Shown here: positions 1-11,207 of the stretch, piece after piece
Layout: each line of letters starts with the position of its first letter
How positions within the stretch are numbered: position 1 is the stretch's first letter
Assembly (NCBI GenBank): GCA_963817895.1
Contig: CAWFQB010000005.1
Location: forward strand, 416,001-480,000
Length of the DNA: 64,000 nucleotides
Reading direction: 5' to 3'
Origin: an uncultured Chthonomonadaceae bacterium
GTDB lineage: Bacteria; Armatimonadota; Chthonomonadetes; Chthonomonadales; Chthonomonadaceae
The notes under the pieces: generated by a model
Database searches by the model: none
What the model was told of the DNA's origin: nothing
What the model saw: the letters and a program-made list of their open reading frames with translations, nothing else
Translations under genes and position numbers: made by a program

Positions 1-1612
1 AATGCAGCGGGAATTTCTGGCCGTTGAGGGAGGGCGCGACGGTCAATATGATTTGCCCATCCAGCGGGTAGCGCGTTTCCTGCGTGAGCGTGACGGTGAA
101 GCGGGCGGGCATCTTTCCCGGCATAAAGCCGGGAGTAAAGGGAAACTTCGTGTAGCCTTCCAGTATCTCTGTGGCCGTGCCGCTGTTGTAGATATTCACG
201 ACAAGGCCGCCGTCTTTACCGGTCATAGTGGCGAATTCGGGAATCAGGGCAATGCCGCGCGGCCCCGAAGAGTGGCAGCAGGTCGTGGCGGTATCGTAGG
301 GTTTGTGGCCGTCAAGCGGCGTGTAGTACGCCCAATCGTCCCCGGTCGGCTTTTGCGCCCCAAGCAGATGATTGTAAACGGACTTTTCCAGTTGGTCGGC
401 AAACTGCGCTTCCCCGGTCAGGCGCAGCAGTTCCAGATTCATCTGTTCCCACGTCACTGTCACGCAGGTTTCGCAAATGTTGGCGTTTTGCGCGTTGGGC
501 AGGTTGAAACTCGTCCTGAAAATGCTCGAACGAGGACGCGCTTCCCGTAATATACAGCCGGTTAGCGACAATGTCTTTCCACGCCGTTCGCATGTCGTCC
601 AGCAACCGCTTATCCCCGGTCACGCGGTACAACTCCAATAGCCCGTTGAAATTGGAGGTCATTTCGTAGGCTTTGGCATTGGCGACCTTGCGCACTGAGC
701 CGGTTTTTTCCAGACTCGCCAGTATCGCGGGACCACCCGGCGCATCATAATGCCGAACGATGTACTCCGCGAACTGTTTGTAACGCGCCTCATCCGTCGC
801 CCGGTACAGCAGCACAACCGCTTCCAAAACGCTGTCGGGAGCCATGCCCACATGCTCACCCGACTTGTTAATATCCCGTTGCCCCGCCCCATCCCCGAAC
901 GTTTGTATCAGCAGATCGCCGATTTTGCGGCATGCGTTTAATACGGTGGTTGGTGGTTGGTGGCTGGTGTTAGGTTCCTGTAAGGATGAGGGATGAGGGA
1001 TGAGGGATGAATCTCTCCTGCACTTTTCCCTTTTCCCTTTTCCCTTTTCCCTTCCTCTGTCTCTTCCCTTTTCCCTTTTCCCTCTTCCCTACTGTATTGG
1101 TAATACGTGAGCAGGCCGAGCAGGTCGTATTTGTGAACCCAGACATCCCAGCTTGTCCAGCGTTTGTTAGTGGGGTAAGTGCCTAAATAGCCGTCCGGTT
1201 CCTGCGTTTTGAGCAGGCGGGCAACGACGCGATCCAGTTTGGTTTTCAGCGCGGCATCGCCCGTGTTCTGCCAGGCGAGCGTGGCCGCGTGGAGGAATTT
1301 GCCGACGTGTTCGCCCTGCCAGTCCTGATGCGGAGCGTTGCGCCGCTCAAAGCAGTCGAGCATGTCGTCTTCGTTGACGTTGAGCAGGCGAATCTTTTCG
1401 TTCCGGTCAATGCGCGGGCCGAGCATCCCGCCCGTCAGCCGGATTTGATCGGGCGGCAGGGGCGAAAACACGTCCTGAACCTGCGCGGTATGGGGCAGAG
1501 CCAATCCCGTCGGGTTCTGCTGCGCCCGCGTCAGCATGGGCGCAGCGGCAAGCCCGAAACTTAGAGCAAATGTAGATACCGCGCGAAAGCGAAGTTTATT
1601 TTTTAGCAGCAT
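1..1612 (-). CDS. Secreted GH127-family glycoside hydrolase (beta-L-arabinofuranosidase-like); runs off the window edge; frameshifts at ~945-1090 and ~508
   Basis: ATG 1612 with signal-like N-terminus (MLLKNK...TRAQQ). Motifs WQGEHVGKFLHAA, QEPDGYLG, WDVWVHKY, KAYEM, and after manual reframing NICETCVTVTW and YYTPL...TCCHSSGPRG. Pieces lie in ORFs 938..2509, 312..851 and a third frame. Confidence 0.88.
945..1090 (-). repeat. Mosaic heptamer-repeat insert inside the GH127 gene
   Basis: Coding strand reads (GGGAAAA)n, (TCATCCC)3, (CCACCAA)n between YYQYS and VLNACRKIGDLL. Confidence 0.85.
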
Positions 1613-1620
1613 GGCGAATG

Positions 1621-2509
1621 TTAGTGCAGCAGTGAACCGGACGAGCCGGAATCTCGTCTGAATTTTGAAGGTTTTTTCCAGTTTGTAGGTGCGGCAGATG
1701 TCATCCAGCGCATCGTCGGCACTCCGAGCGGAATCATCGGCTTCCGAAGAGGCCGTACCCATCATGCCGGTCAGGGCGTTGAGCGCGTCGCCAGATTGCC
1801 CGCTGTTGGCCTGCGAAACGGCGTCATGCACCTTGTTGAACATGCCCTGAATTTTGCCCAGATGGTTGTAATACTTGTCGTGCAGTTCCACACACTCCTG
1901 CGGGGGGCGACGCGCCAGAAACGCCTGCGTCAATTTGTTCCACTCGTCGGACAGGTTGGCCGGGTTTTTGTTGATGTTGGGCAGGAACTCCGCCGACTTC
2001 TCATCATCCGTCGCCGCTTCCACCTCCTTCGCCATCATGCCCGCGTACTGACTGAGCGTGGCGGCAAGCTGCCGATGAATCAGACCCGCTTTGGTGCGCT
2101 CGACCTGCCGCACAAAGCGCAGATAATCATCAATATAGCTGTAATCGGCTTTGGGCGTGGGTTGCGTGGGCGGCGCAAGGATGGGAGTTTGCGGTTTGGT
2201 TTCCGCCGGGGCCTGTATCAGCGGGCCGGGGGCGCTTGTATTGGGAGCCTGTACCAGCCCGACCGCGTGGGTTTCGCCCGGTTTTTGCGCCAGCGAACTT
2301 TTCACCATCCAGCCGACGAGGGCAAGGACGGCAACCGCCAGCAGGCCAATAATGGCATACAGCGGACGCTGATTGTTTGCGGCGACCGGCATGGGAGCAT
2401 GCTGCGCGACAGGGGGCGCGTAGTTGGCGGCGGCATTAATGGGCGTACCGCAGCGCAGACAGAATTGAGATTGCCGGGGAACCTCGGCGGAACATCGCGC
2501 GCACTTCAT
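1621..2509 (-). CDS. Zinc-ribbon, single-TM, helical extracytoplasmic-domain protein; frameshift at ~1654
   Basis: CxxC...CxxC N-terminus, hydrophobic segment LYAIIGLLAVAVLALVGWM, Pro-rich linker. Removing one base gives ...FKIQT-DSGSSGSLLH* ending at TAA 1621, just upstream of the GH127 ATG. Confidence 0.72.
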
Positions 2510-2836
2510 AGCCTTTTCCTCCTGCGAAACAAACGGGTGTGGCTCACCTCTAAGAAGACAGGGAAAACAGAAAAATTATAACCGTTGCAACATCATACCA
2601 CGAACCCGATTGCCTGTCAATCAGGCGGGGATTCGCCGCGTATCACCCTTCTATACGGCATATTTTGGAGAAATATTCAGCATTATGCCGGGTCTTCAGC
2701 AGGAACGCGCTTGCGTCCACAGAATGAGGGACTATTCCCGATGAATATGACGTTTCCCTGTCAACGTTTGAACAATCCAGTATCGGAGGTTACGCAATGC
2801 CACGCATCCTGCAAAGGCGCAGCAAGCCGCCATTTT

Positions 2837-2860
2837 GGGCGCAGCAAGCAGCGCCCCTAC
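2837..2860 (-). repeat. GTAG-family REP palindrome (partial second copy at ~2816-2832)
   Basis: Minus strand GTAG-GGGCGCTGC-TT-GCTGCGCCC: GTAG tetranucleotide followed by an imperfect hairpin. Confidence 0.65.
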
Positions 2861-2906
2861 CTGCCTCTTCTAACTTGATGGTGTACCAGTCAAGACAGCA
2901 AAACAA

Positions 2907-2945
2907 CCGCCCTCCTGTTCCTTATAATAAGGAACAGGAGGGCGG
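2907..2945 (-). terminator. Intrinsic terminator of the PEP-CTERM gene
   Basis: Perfect inverted repeat CCGCCCTCCTGTTCCTTAT/ATAAGGAACAGGAGGGCGG followed by TTGTTTT on the minus strand. Confidence 0.75.
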
Positions 2946-2977
2946 CTAATATGGTTTTGCATTTGCCCGAACGGAGG

Positions 2978-4069
2978 CTACATGCGTTTGCGGCGGGCAA
3001 ATACGCCTGCGCCCGACAAGCCCATTCCCGCAAGCAGGGCGATTGCGCCCGGTTCCGGCACGTTCGCGCCTTGAACGTTCAGGTTGCCGGTGAACTTCAG
3101 ACCCTGCCCGAAATGCTCCTCAAAGCCATGCCCCGTCAGCGTGTTGGCAATGAGATTGCCCTCAAAAAGCTGATTCTGGTCCACAAACGCGCCTGGCGCG
3201 AGGATGGAACCCTCGAAAGCGCGGTTGTTGATGTCAATCTCCGTCGCGTCCGCGAAGTTCCATAGGATATGGGAGTAGTCGCTGTTGCTGATGTCATTGA
3301 CCAGCGAAAAGAAGGTTTTTGTCAACTGCGCGCCAGTCACGTTGATGACCAGCGTATCATTGCCGCTCAGGTTCTGCACATGGATATTGGTTCCGTTCGC
3401 GGTTGCCAGCGTGGCCGCGCTGACCTCGGAGAATTTCAGTTTGCCCGTACTCGTGGTCAAGCCCGTTTGGGTGGCCGTGTCAATGTACCAGTTGTTCTGA
3501 TCCTGCATGAAGATCGCGCCATGCCCCGCCGCCGACTCGGTCTTGAGCGTACTCGCCTGACTCAGCGAAAAAGTTTTCTGATTGGTGAACACGTTGGTAT
3601 CAACGGCGTAACTGTACCCCGATGGAGTCACGAGCGGGCTGCCGGTGTAGATGTGTCCGCCGCCATTGAGATTGACGGGATGCTGATTGGGATTATCCGG
3701 GGGCGTGATAGTGTTGAACACGTACACGTCGCCGCCGTTGAGAACATTGGGCGAGTTGAACACATTGAGGTTTTTGCCCACATAAATGGCGATGTTGCTT
3801 TGTGTGCCGAGCGAATTGTCCGTTTTTTTCAGGCCGCTAATGGAGCCGCCAACGACCGCGCCCATGTGTCCAATATTGGTGTTGTAGCCAGTCACGTTAA
3901 ATGTGCCGCCCACCGCAACCCCGCCCTCCGCCTCGCCCGCGTTCACCATCGCATCGCCGAAAGTAAACACGTTGAACGCATTTGCTGTGCCAAGCGAAGT
4001 TTGTGCCGAAGCAGACCCGCCGACAAGCGCCAGCAGCAGAGCGGGAAGCAGTCTTTTGCTCAAATTCAA
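2978..4069 (-). CDS. Choice-of-anchor A domain PEP-CTERM surface protein
   Basis: Signal peptide; FNVFTFGD, EAEGGVAVGG, ILWNF, GSILAP; C-terminal VPEPGAIALLAGMGLSGAGVFARRKR. Confidence 0.85.
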   Translation of the reverse strand: MNLSKRLLPALLLALVGGSASAQTSLGTANAFNVFTFGDAMVNAGEAEGGVAVGGTFNVTGYNTNIGHMGAVVGGSISGLKKTDNSLGTQSNIAIYVGKNLNVFNSPNVLNGGDVYVFNTITPPDNPNQHPVNLNGGGHIYTGSPLVTPSGYSYAVDTNVFTNQKTFSLSQASTLKTESAAGHGAIFMQDQNNWYIDTATQTGLTTSTGKLKFSEVSAATLATANGTNIHVQNLSGNDTLVINVTGAQLTKTFFSLVNDISNSDYSHILWNFADATEIDINNRAFEGSILAPGAFVDQNQLFEGNLIANTLTGHGFEEHFGQGLKFTGNLNVQGANVPEPGAIALLAGMGLSGAGVFARRKRM

Positions 4070-4528
4070 TTTCGTAATTCCCCATCACGGCGTCCCTTGC
4101 AGCAGACGCCGTTCGCGTGTAAAAATGCTATAAGCGCAGCCGCAATATAGCAATGATAGCAATCAAGCGCAAATACCAGACGCGCATTTCATGCGCCGGG
4201 GAGAGTATAACACGCCTTTCGTATCAGTGTCCAATGATTTCGCGAAAACACGCACAATTGCCAGAGTTTGTATGCAATTTTCATGTACAATCGCTAATGC
4301 GAGTACCAGCAAATTACGGAGAACAGGGTATCGCAGTATCCTGCCGCGCTTTGGAAAATGGATAGGAAGGCATCGTTGTCTGATCGAACAACGGTGTCTC
4401 AAAACGCAGAAAAGGCGCAAAGATACTGCGAGAACAGTAGCTTTGCGCTTTGTGAAGAGGGGATAGCAAACAGGGATTATTTAGCTTTGATAATCCGGCA
4501 GAGGGGCTTGACAGCGTTGCCGAAAGTT

Positions 4529-6022
4529 TCAGGAGGCGGGTTTCGTCTCGCTTTTCGGTTCGCTCTTTTTTGCGCCTCCGGGCGGCGTCCCCGCGCCGCG
4601 CAAATTTATGAACTTGCTTAACGTGTCGAACCAGAACGGAGCGCCGAGCGAAACCGCAAAAGCCGACAGCCCCAGCCCGATTGCCTTGAACAGCAGACCG
4701 CCCAGCAACCCCCGCAACAGGGCCAGGAAAATGACCGCTACAGATGTGGATTGAACATTTTCTTCAACTGCGGCGGGAATCGTCCAGGGAACGTGGCGGG
4801 GATCGTTTCGATCCAGGGACCACCCGAACGGCAATTGCAGCGTGTCGGCCTCCTTCTGAACCGTTTCGCGCAGTTGGACGAGATCAGGATTGCCGGTCTT
4901 TGTCTGAGAATCGACAGTCTTCTTCGCGGCTGCCGTAATGGAGTTGCGCAGTTCTTTGTCGCTGGACAGGCGATTGTAGAGCATCAGCGTGTCCACGTTC
5001 AGCAGTAACACGAACGCGATGGACAGGCACAACAATACCTTCTGCGTCCACCGCTTGTACCAGCCGCCGACCCGCTCCATGGAGTTGTTGTACCAGTCGC
5101 TGAGGTTCTTTTGAAACGTCTGGAGAAACACTTCCCCTTTAGTGGTCGCATTAGTGGTGGCATTTTCCAGCAGGGCTACGTCGCGGCTTGTTTTGTCCAG
5201 CAGCGACAGTAGCGACTCGCGCGTATGCCCCGGCGGAAGAGACTTGACGGCATTCTGGAGGTTCTCCAGCGCAGCGTCGACAGTGGCTTCCTTGCCCTTC
5301 GCGGCGGCAAGCCCCTCTTCCAGAAGCGTTTCCAGTTCCGGCACGAGCAGCAGATCATTCGCCACACGGCCCCGCGCATCGTAGAAGGTTTGTCCCGGCG
5401 AAGAGGAGCCGAACCGGGCCGCCAGATTCGCGAGGAAATTGGCGAAGCCGCCCCCGCCGGGCATTTGGGCGCGGGCAAATAGCAGGGCCTTCTTTAGTTC
5501 CTGATGGCTCTTCCGCAAATTGGTCCGGGCGGCGGCGATGGCTTGCGTATCTGAGGGCGAATTTTTCAGCGCGGCTTCCAGCGTTTTGTTCGCGTTCGTG
5601 ACCGTATCCGCTTTCACCTGAACCGCCTTGTACGCCGCTTTGCCCGGAGCGGAGAATTGCGCTTTGATGGCCTCCATAGGCTCCTTCAGGCGGTCTGTTG
5701 GTTTCGCGCCGTGCGCGCGGAGAATATTCATCAGCACGAGGGCAAACGTTTCGGGTTGCATGTAGGAGGGCAGGCGGTTGGGTTTGTCGGGGTTCGCCCC
5801 ATCCTGCGACGTGCCTTCCACCAGACCGTGACTGTATACAAGCTGCGCCAGTCCGGTGAAGGTGGGATCGTTGAGCAGGTTCCCGATGCCTTCAAACAGG
5901 TTTTTGCCGCGCTGATTGAGGAACGAGGCGATCCATTCGTTGACGGCGGTGCAGACCAGACTGATGAGCAGGTAGATGAAAATGATTCCGATAGCGATTT
6001 CGAGAACGTTGGAACCGAACAT
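4529..6022 (-). CDS. Conserved hypothetical multi-pass membrane protein with coiled-coil loop
   Basis: GGAAGGAG RBS then ATG 6022. N-terminal TM (LEIAIGIIFIYLLISLVC), WYNNSMERVGGWYKR, C-terminal SLGAPFWFDTL. Confidence 0.8.
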   Translation of the reverse strand: MFGSNVLEIAIGIIFIYLLISLVCTAVNEWIASFLNQRGKNLFEGIGNLLNDPTFTGLAQLVYSHGLVEGTSQDGANPDKPNRLPSYMQPETFALVLMNILRAHGAKPTDRLKEPMEAIKAQFSAPGKAAYKAVQVKADTVTNANKTLEAALKNSPSDTQAIAAARTNLRKSHQELKKALLFARAQMPGGGGFANFLANLAARFGSSSPGQTFYDARGRVANDLLLVPELETLLEEGLAAAKGKEATVDAALENLQNAVKSLPPGHTRESLLSLLDKTSRDVALLENATTNATTKGEVFLQTFQKNLSDWYNNSMERVGGWYKRWTQKVLLCLSIAFVLLLNVDTLMLYNRLSSDKELRNSITAAAKKTVDSQTKTGNPDLVQLRETVQKEADTLQLPFGWSLDRNDPRHVPWTIPAAVEENVQSTSVAVIFLALLRGLLGGLLFKAIGLGLSAFAVSLGAPFWFDTLSKFINLRGAGTPPGGAKKSEPKSETKPAS

Positions 6023-6396
6023 GCGCTTCTCCTTCCACAGCAGTTTGTTGTTCATTACCTACAGGCCATCATTATACCTGCTGATTTTGTGTGATATGCT
6101 TGTGATTTTACACTGATTCTGCAACAAACGCGAAATTTACGGTATGTGGAGAAATCGTCGAAATAGTGGCAATGCAGCGCTTCCAGCCCGAAGTCTCGAT
6201 AGTTTATGCGGTTGTGTGTAGAGGCGTCGTGGCCTCGCGCGCGTTATGGCTGTCGGATGTGGACAGGCATCGGCTTCACCTCCCTTCCTTGTTTGTGGGG
6301 ACCGTATTCCGTTTTGGCAAGCAGGGTATATTAACATTGGGCGGCTTTTTAAGAAGTATGTCAATGCTGTTTTGGGGAAATATTTTGGAAGTTTCT

Positions 6397-6587
6397 ACCC
6401 TCATCCGTCGGGGGCCACCTTCTCCCTGCAAGGGAGAAGCGTCAATTGTTCAATAGGCGGCTGAATGGGAGATTGGGAAACATATAAAGAAACCATACAC
6501 CGAAACAAAATTTATCGTCAACGCACCCGATGAATAGTTTAGCCTTCTCCCTTGCAGGGAGAAGGTGGGCGAAGCCCGGATGAGGGT
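6397..6587. repeat. Inverted pair of REP-like palindromes (REPIN/BIME-like)
   Basis: ACCCTCATCCG..GCCACCTTCTCCCTGCAAGGGAGAAG (6397-6439) and its near reverse complement (6544-6587), about 105 bp apart. Confidence 0.8.
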
Positions 6588-6767
6588 AAAAACTTTTGTT
6601 TACGTGAACCGTTTGCGCAGCCCTTGTTTCCTTTGCGCGTCACCGAAATTGGACAAGTATTCTTCGTTGTACGGATGGTCGGCAGGCCGTGCCATCCTCC
6701 GCAAATCGAGGTACACTAAATCAGCAATAATACAGCCGGTTGGCATGGGGGCAGGAGAGAGAGAATT

Positions 6768-8811
6768 ATGGTTAGCGCGATAACTACAGATTTATATGAT
6801 GTGCAGACAAAGGCGCGGGGGCCGGTGGGCGAACTGCCGGTCACGGCGGATATGCTGCTGCACCGACCGAGCGGCGATATTTTCGCTCTGTCGCAGAACG
6901 CGGGCATGGGCTGGAATCCGAAACAGCTCAACCGCCGCGAATTTTTGATTCTGTCCACGCAGGGCGGCATCCGCAACCCGGACGGTTCGCCCGTCGCGCT
7001 CGGCTACCATACCGGGCATTGGGAAGTGGGGTTATTGATGCAGGCCGCGGCGGAAACGCCTGTCGGCAAACGATTGCCTGCCGTTTGCCGCGTTTTGTTC
7101 CGATCCGTGCGACGGGCGTTCGCAGGGCACGACGGGGATGATGGACAGCCTGCCGTACCGCAACGACGCGGCAACGGTTTTCCGCCGTTTGATACGCAGC
7201 CTGCCCAACCGTAAAGGCGTTTTGGGCGTGGCGACGTGCGACAAGGGCCTACCGGCGATGATGATGGCTCTGGCCGCGATGCGCGATTTGCCCTGCGTCC
7301 TGGTTCCCGGCGGCGTCACGCTTCCCGCCGAACATGGCGAGGACGCGGGCAAAATCCAGACAGTTGGGGCGCGGTTCGCGCATGGCCTGATTACCTTAAA
7401 AGAGGTGGCGGAAATGGGATGCCGAGCCTGCGCCACGCCGGGCGGAGGCTGCCAGTTCTTCGGCACGGCGGCGACTGCGCAGGTCGTGGGCGAAGCATTG
7501 GGCATGTCCCTGCCCCATTCCGCGCTCGCTCCCTCGGGGCAGGCCATCTGGCTGGATATGGCGCGGCAGTCCGCGCTGGCAATGATTGAAATGGCGACAA
7601 ACGGCGTGACCATGCGCGACATTCTCACAGACGACGCGGTGCGCAACGCCATGACGGTACACGCGGCCTGTGGCGGAAGCACGAACCTGCTGCTGCACAT
7701 TCCCGCCATTGCCCATGCCGCCAAACTGCGCCGCCCGACTGTGGACGACTGGCACACAATCAATGTCCGCACTCCCCGCCTCGTAGACGTGCTTCCCAAC
7801 GGCCCGACCGACCATCCGACCGTGCGCTTTTTCCTGTCCGGCGGCGTTCCCGAAGTGATGCTGCACCTACGCGAAATGGGATTGCTGCATCTGGACGCGC
7901 GGACCGTGTCCGGCAAAACCGTCGGCGAGAACCTGAACGAGTGGGAACACTCCGAACGCCGCGAACGATTGCGCGAACGATTGCGCGAACAGGACGGCGT
8001 TGATCCCGATGATGTGATTTTATCCCCCGCCCGCGCCCATGAAAAGGGATTGACCAGCACCGTCACCTTCCCGCGCGGCAACCTCGCCCCGCAGGGATCG
8101 GTCATCAAAAGCACGTCCATTGCACCCGAAGTGGTAGACGCGGACGGCATCTACCGCAAAACGGGACTGGCCCGCGTGTTCACGACCGAACGGGCGGCGA
8201 TTGAAGCGATCAAGGGCGTGGAAGAGGTCACGGAAGAAGAGGAGAAAAGGAGAAAAGGAGAAAAGGAGAAGTTGCAGTCAGACCTTTCCTCTTCTCCTCT
8301 TCTCCCCCTCTCCCCCTCTCGCGTTTTGCCCGGTGACATTCTCGTCCTCATCTGCCGGGGGCCGATGGGGGCGGGGATGGAGGAGATTTACCAGATTACG
8401 AGCGCGTTGAAGTTTCTGCCCTGGGGCAAGCAGGTGGCGGTGATTACGGACGCGCGGTTTTCGGGGGTTTCGACGGGCGCGTGTATCGGACATGTCGGGC
8501 CGGAAGCGCTGGCGGGCGGGCCGATTGGCAAAATCGTGGACGGGGATGTTATCGAGATCGTGATTGACCGCAACAGTCTGGAAGGCACGGTCAACTTGAT
8601 CGGGCATGGCGAAACGCGGTTCGGGGCGGAGGAGGGGACGCGGGTTCTGGCCGAGCGTCCGATGCGTCCCGACCTGCATACCGACCCGGATTTGCCGGAC
8701 GATACGCGGCTGTGGGCGGCGTTGCAGGCGGTCAGCGGTGGGACGTGGGGCGGCTGCGTATACGATGTAGACGAGATCGTGTCACGGCTAAACGTTGTCG
8801 GCGGCGTTTGA
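6768..8811 (+). CDS. yagF: YagF/YjhG-family D-xylonate dehydratase (IlvD/Edd family); frameshift at ~7059
   Basis: [21 protein letters not shown] (after removing one C), [45 protein letters not shown]. Confidence 0.88.
8241..8320 (+). repeat. In-frame octamer inverted-repeat insert in the dehydratase
   Basis: (GGAGAAAA)3GGAGAA, a spacer, then (YTCTCCYC)n; encodes [26 protein letters not shown]. Confidence 0.85.
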
Positions 8812-8814
8812 TAT

Positions 8815-9702
8815 TCAGCGCTTCGCGGCGGTATCCACATTCCGGCGGATGAATGCTGTAAGCTGCTCGTAGTCTTTGGCGTGGGAGGTCAGCTTGATCT
8901 TCTGACCGTCGCCTTCAATCGTCGTCTGGTCGTAGTGGGTGTGCTGTGTGTGAACCGTTTGCGACGTGACCGAGGTGATGGCGTGGAAAGGGATGTGGCG
9001 GGTACGAAAGACGCTGCCTTCCGTGATGCCGTCCGGGGTGAACATCAGGTATTGGGTGAGCGCAAGTATCAGGCCATACACGAACAGAAGCAGCATGCTG
9101 CCCATAAACAACACCACCAGTACGAATGCAGCCTGTTCGCCGGGGCGCACAGGCTGCATGCATACGAATATCAACATGCCGCCCACAACCGTCACCATGA
9201 TAATGCCTGCCCCGGTCAGGCCACGCTTGGGGTGATAGATGTTGTTGATGCCGCCTATTTCGCTCAATTGTCGTTCGCACACAGGGGCGAGATGCTTGTT
9301 CAGGAGGCGGTTGAGTTCGTACAGGCTCGTTTTTTCAATCAGGCCGCGTTGTATGCGGAGTTTGTTGCCCTGATAATCGGTTAGCGTCAGTTGACTGCTC
9401 TCGCCGCCCTCGCCTTCAAAGTGGGTCACGTCACTCCATGCCATGCGCTTTGCGCCGTTCCAGCCTTTGCGCGTGATGCTATCCGCATCTATACCGTAAG
9501 TTGTGAACAACTCAACCAGTCCCCACAGGGCAAGCGCGCCCTGCCCTCCGGCCAGCAACAACATCACGCCGACAAAGGCATAGTAGGTGGCATCCTTATG
9601 GTTGGGGGGTGTCGTGCCGAAGAAAATCAATCCGAACGCGCAAATCATCGTCCAGAACAGAAACATTCCCCGACTGCCCCAATCCCCGGTAAATTTCTGC
9701 AT
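8815..9702 (-). CDS. Membrane protein with two bacterial PH-like repeats (paralog 3, C-terminally shorter)
   Basis: Starts MQKFTG; closely similar to the adjacent paralog (LTDYQ.NKL.IQRG, E.GGINN.YHPKR, FT.DGIT..SVFR.RHIPF). Confidence 0.8.
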   Translation of the reverse strand: MQKFTGDWGSRGMFLFWTMICAFGLIFFGTTPPNHKDATYYAFVGVMLLLAGGQGALALWGLVELFTTYGIDADSITRKGWNGAKRMAWSDVTHFEGEGGESSQLTLTDYQGNKLRIQRGLIEKTSLYELNRLLNKHLAPVCERQLSEIGGINNIYHPKRGLTGAGIIMVTVVGGMLIFVCMQPVRPGEQAAFVLVVLFMGSMLLLFVYGLILALTQYLMFTPDGITEGSVFRTRHIPFHAITSVTSQTVHTQHTHYDQTTIEGDGQKIKLTSHAKDYEQLTAFIRRNVDTAAKR

Positions 9703-9704
9703 CG

Positions 9705-11105
9705 TTATCCTCCGGCGGCTTGTTTGCGCTTGCGGGTGAAGGGCGTGATTGCCAGCAGGATCGGGAAAACGGTTCCCAAAACGAGCAGCATATAGCCGGA
9801 ACGGACTTTGCCTTCGGCCTGTTTGCGCCCGATGGATTGTTCCAGGCGGGAAACGTTTTTGCGCCCCGGCACATAGATAACGCGGGCGGACGCGCCGACC
9901 CGCGTACCGGCGTAATCTTCCCATGAAACGGGGCTTGCCGCCTGTATATGTTGTCCGTTCGCGTCATCGAAGGCGTATTGCAGCAGATAGGTGGTGTGCT
10001 TGCCGCCATTTTGCGTGTCCTTGCCTGTAATGCGCCCCGCTGCCGTTTTGCCCTGCGTGTCCATCAGGCGGTAGTGTTCCATGCGCTCGTTCCCCTCGCG
10101 CAGTGACCATACGCCGATGCCGCCCAGAAACAGCATGTAAACCACCGCAAGAATGGGCAGGAGAATTTTGGCCTGTTTGTCGTTTTTGCGCTGTATCTCT
10201 TCAGATTTTGCTTCGCCCTGCTGCTTCGCCCCGGCGTCCACATGCGAACGGATATAATCTATGAGCAGTTCGTAATCGTTGGCGTGGGAGGTTAGCATAA
10301 TCTTCTGCCCCTCGCCCTCTACGGTCGTCAGGTCGTAACTGCCGTTTTTGGTGCTGACCCGGCGCGACATGACGGAGGACACACTCCGAAAAGGGATGTG
10401 GCGCGCGCGGAATACGCTGCTGTCCGTGATACCGTCGGCGGTGAACATCAGGGAATGGGTGAAGCCTAAAATGGTCAGGTACACGAACAGCAGTTCAATG
10501 CCGCCGAAAATAATTATCACGGCGATAAACGCCCCCTGTTGATTGGATGGCACGGGCTGCGCGGCGATAAATGCCAGCATCGCGCCCACAAGGGTTGTCA
10601 TAATCACGCCCGCCCACGCCGCGCTCCGTTTGGGATGGTACACGTTGTTGATACCGCCCATTTCGCTCAGTTGCCGTTCGCGGATGGGAGCCAAATGCGT
10701 ATCCAGCAGTTGATTCAGTTCCGCCAGTTTCGCGCCGCCCATCATGCCGCGCTGAATACTTAGTTTGTTGTTCTGGTAGTCGGTCAGCATCAGGGCGCTG
10801 TCCGCGCCGCCCCCGGCAGCAAAGTGGGTGACATCGCTCCAGCGCATCTGCTGTTCGCCATTCCAGCCCCGCCGCGTGATCCCGTCCGCATCCACGCGGT
10901 AGGCTGTCAGGCACTCCAGAATAATGTAACTGAAAAGCGCGATGATGCCCAATCCGAGCAGGCCGAAGAACGCGCTCACGCCCCCATGCCGGCTCGAAAC
11001 CCGCGAGTCCACGTCCCAGGCCAGCCACAACGAGCCGCCGCCCATCAAGCAGAGCATGAATATTGCTGAAATCAGATTGGAAACTTTGCCGCGAAAGGTT
11101 TGCAT
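9705..11105 (-). CDS. Membrane protein, PH-like repeats plus DUF3592-like C-terminal domain (paralog 2)
   Basis: Starts MQTFRG; TM pairs alternate with DGITRR..W.D motifs; C-terminal GxITG...Y..QY.F...VIYVP then a TM segment. Confidence 0.8.
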   Translation of the reverse strand: MQTFRGKVSNLISAIFMLCLMGGGSLWLAWDVDSRVSSRHGGVSAFFGLLGLGIIALFSYIILECLTAYRVDADGITRRGWNGEQQMRWSDVTHFAAGGGADSALMLTDYQNNKLSIQRGMMGGAKLAELNQLLDTHLAPIRERQLSEMGGINNVYHPKRSAAWAGVIMTTLVGAMLAFIAAQPVPSNQQGAFIAVIIIFGGIELLFVYLTILGFTHSLMFTADGITDSSVFRARHIPFRSVSSVMSRRVSTKNGSYDLTTVEGEGQKIMLTSHANDYELLIDYIRSHVDAGAKQQGEAKSEEIQRKNDKQAKILLPILAVVYMLFLGGIGVWSLREGNERMEHYRLMDTQGKTAAGRITGKDTQNGGKHTTYLLQYAFDDANGQHIQAASPVSWEDYAGTRVGASARVIYVPGRKNVSRLEQSIGRKQAEGKVRSGYMLLVLGTVFPILLAITPFTRKRKQAAGG

Positions 11106-11207
11106 GGTCGTATCCGAAGACTGAAAAGAATGAATATAGCCGCGAATGAACGCGAATACACGCGAATGAGAAAATCATTTTCTATGGGGAAACGCGCTGT
11201 AACAGTG

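Noticed and set aside
938..2509. 523-aa ORF as a zinc-ribbon/GH127 fusion protein
   Set aside because: One extra base at ~1654 bypasses a natural stop at 1621. The GH127 has its own ATG and signal peptide at 1612.
4250..4295. Sigma-54 promoter for the first PEP-CTERM gene
   Set aside because: TTGCA is present but the -24 GG is not at the required spacing.
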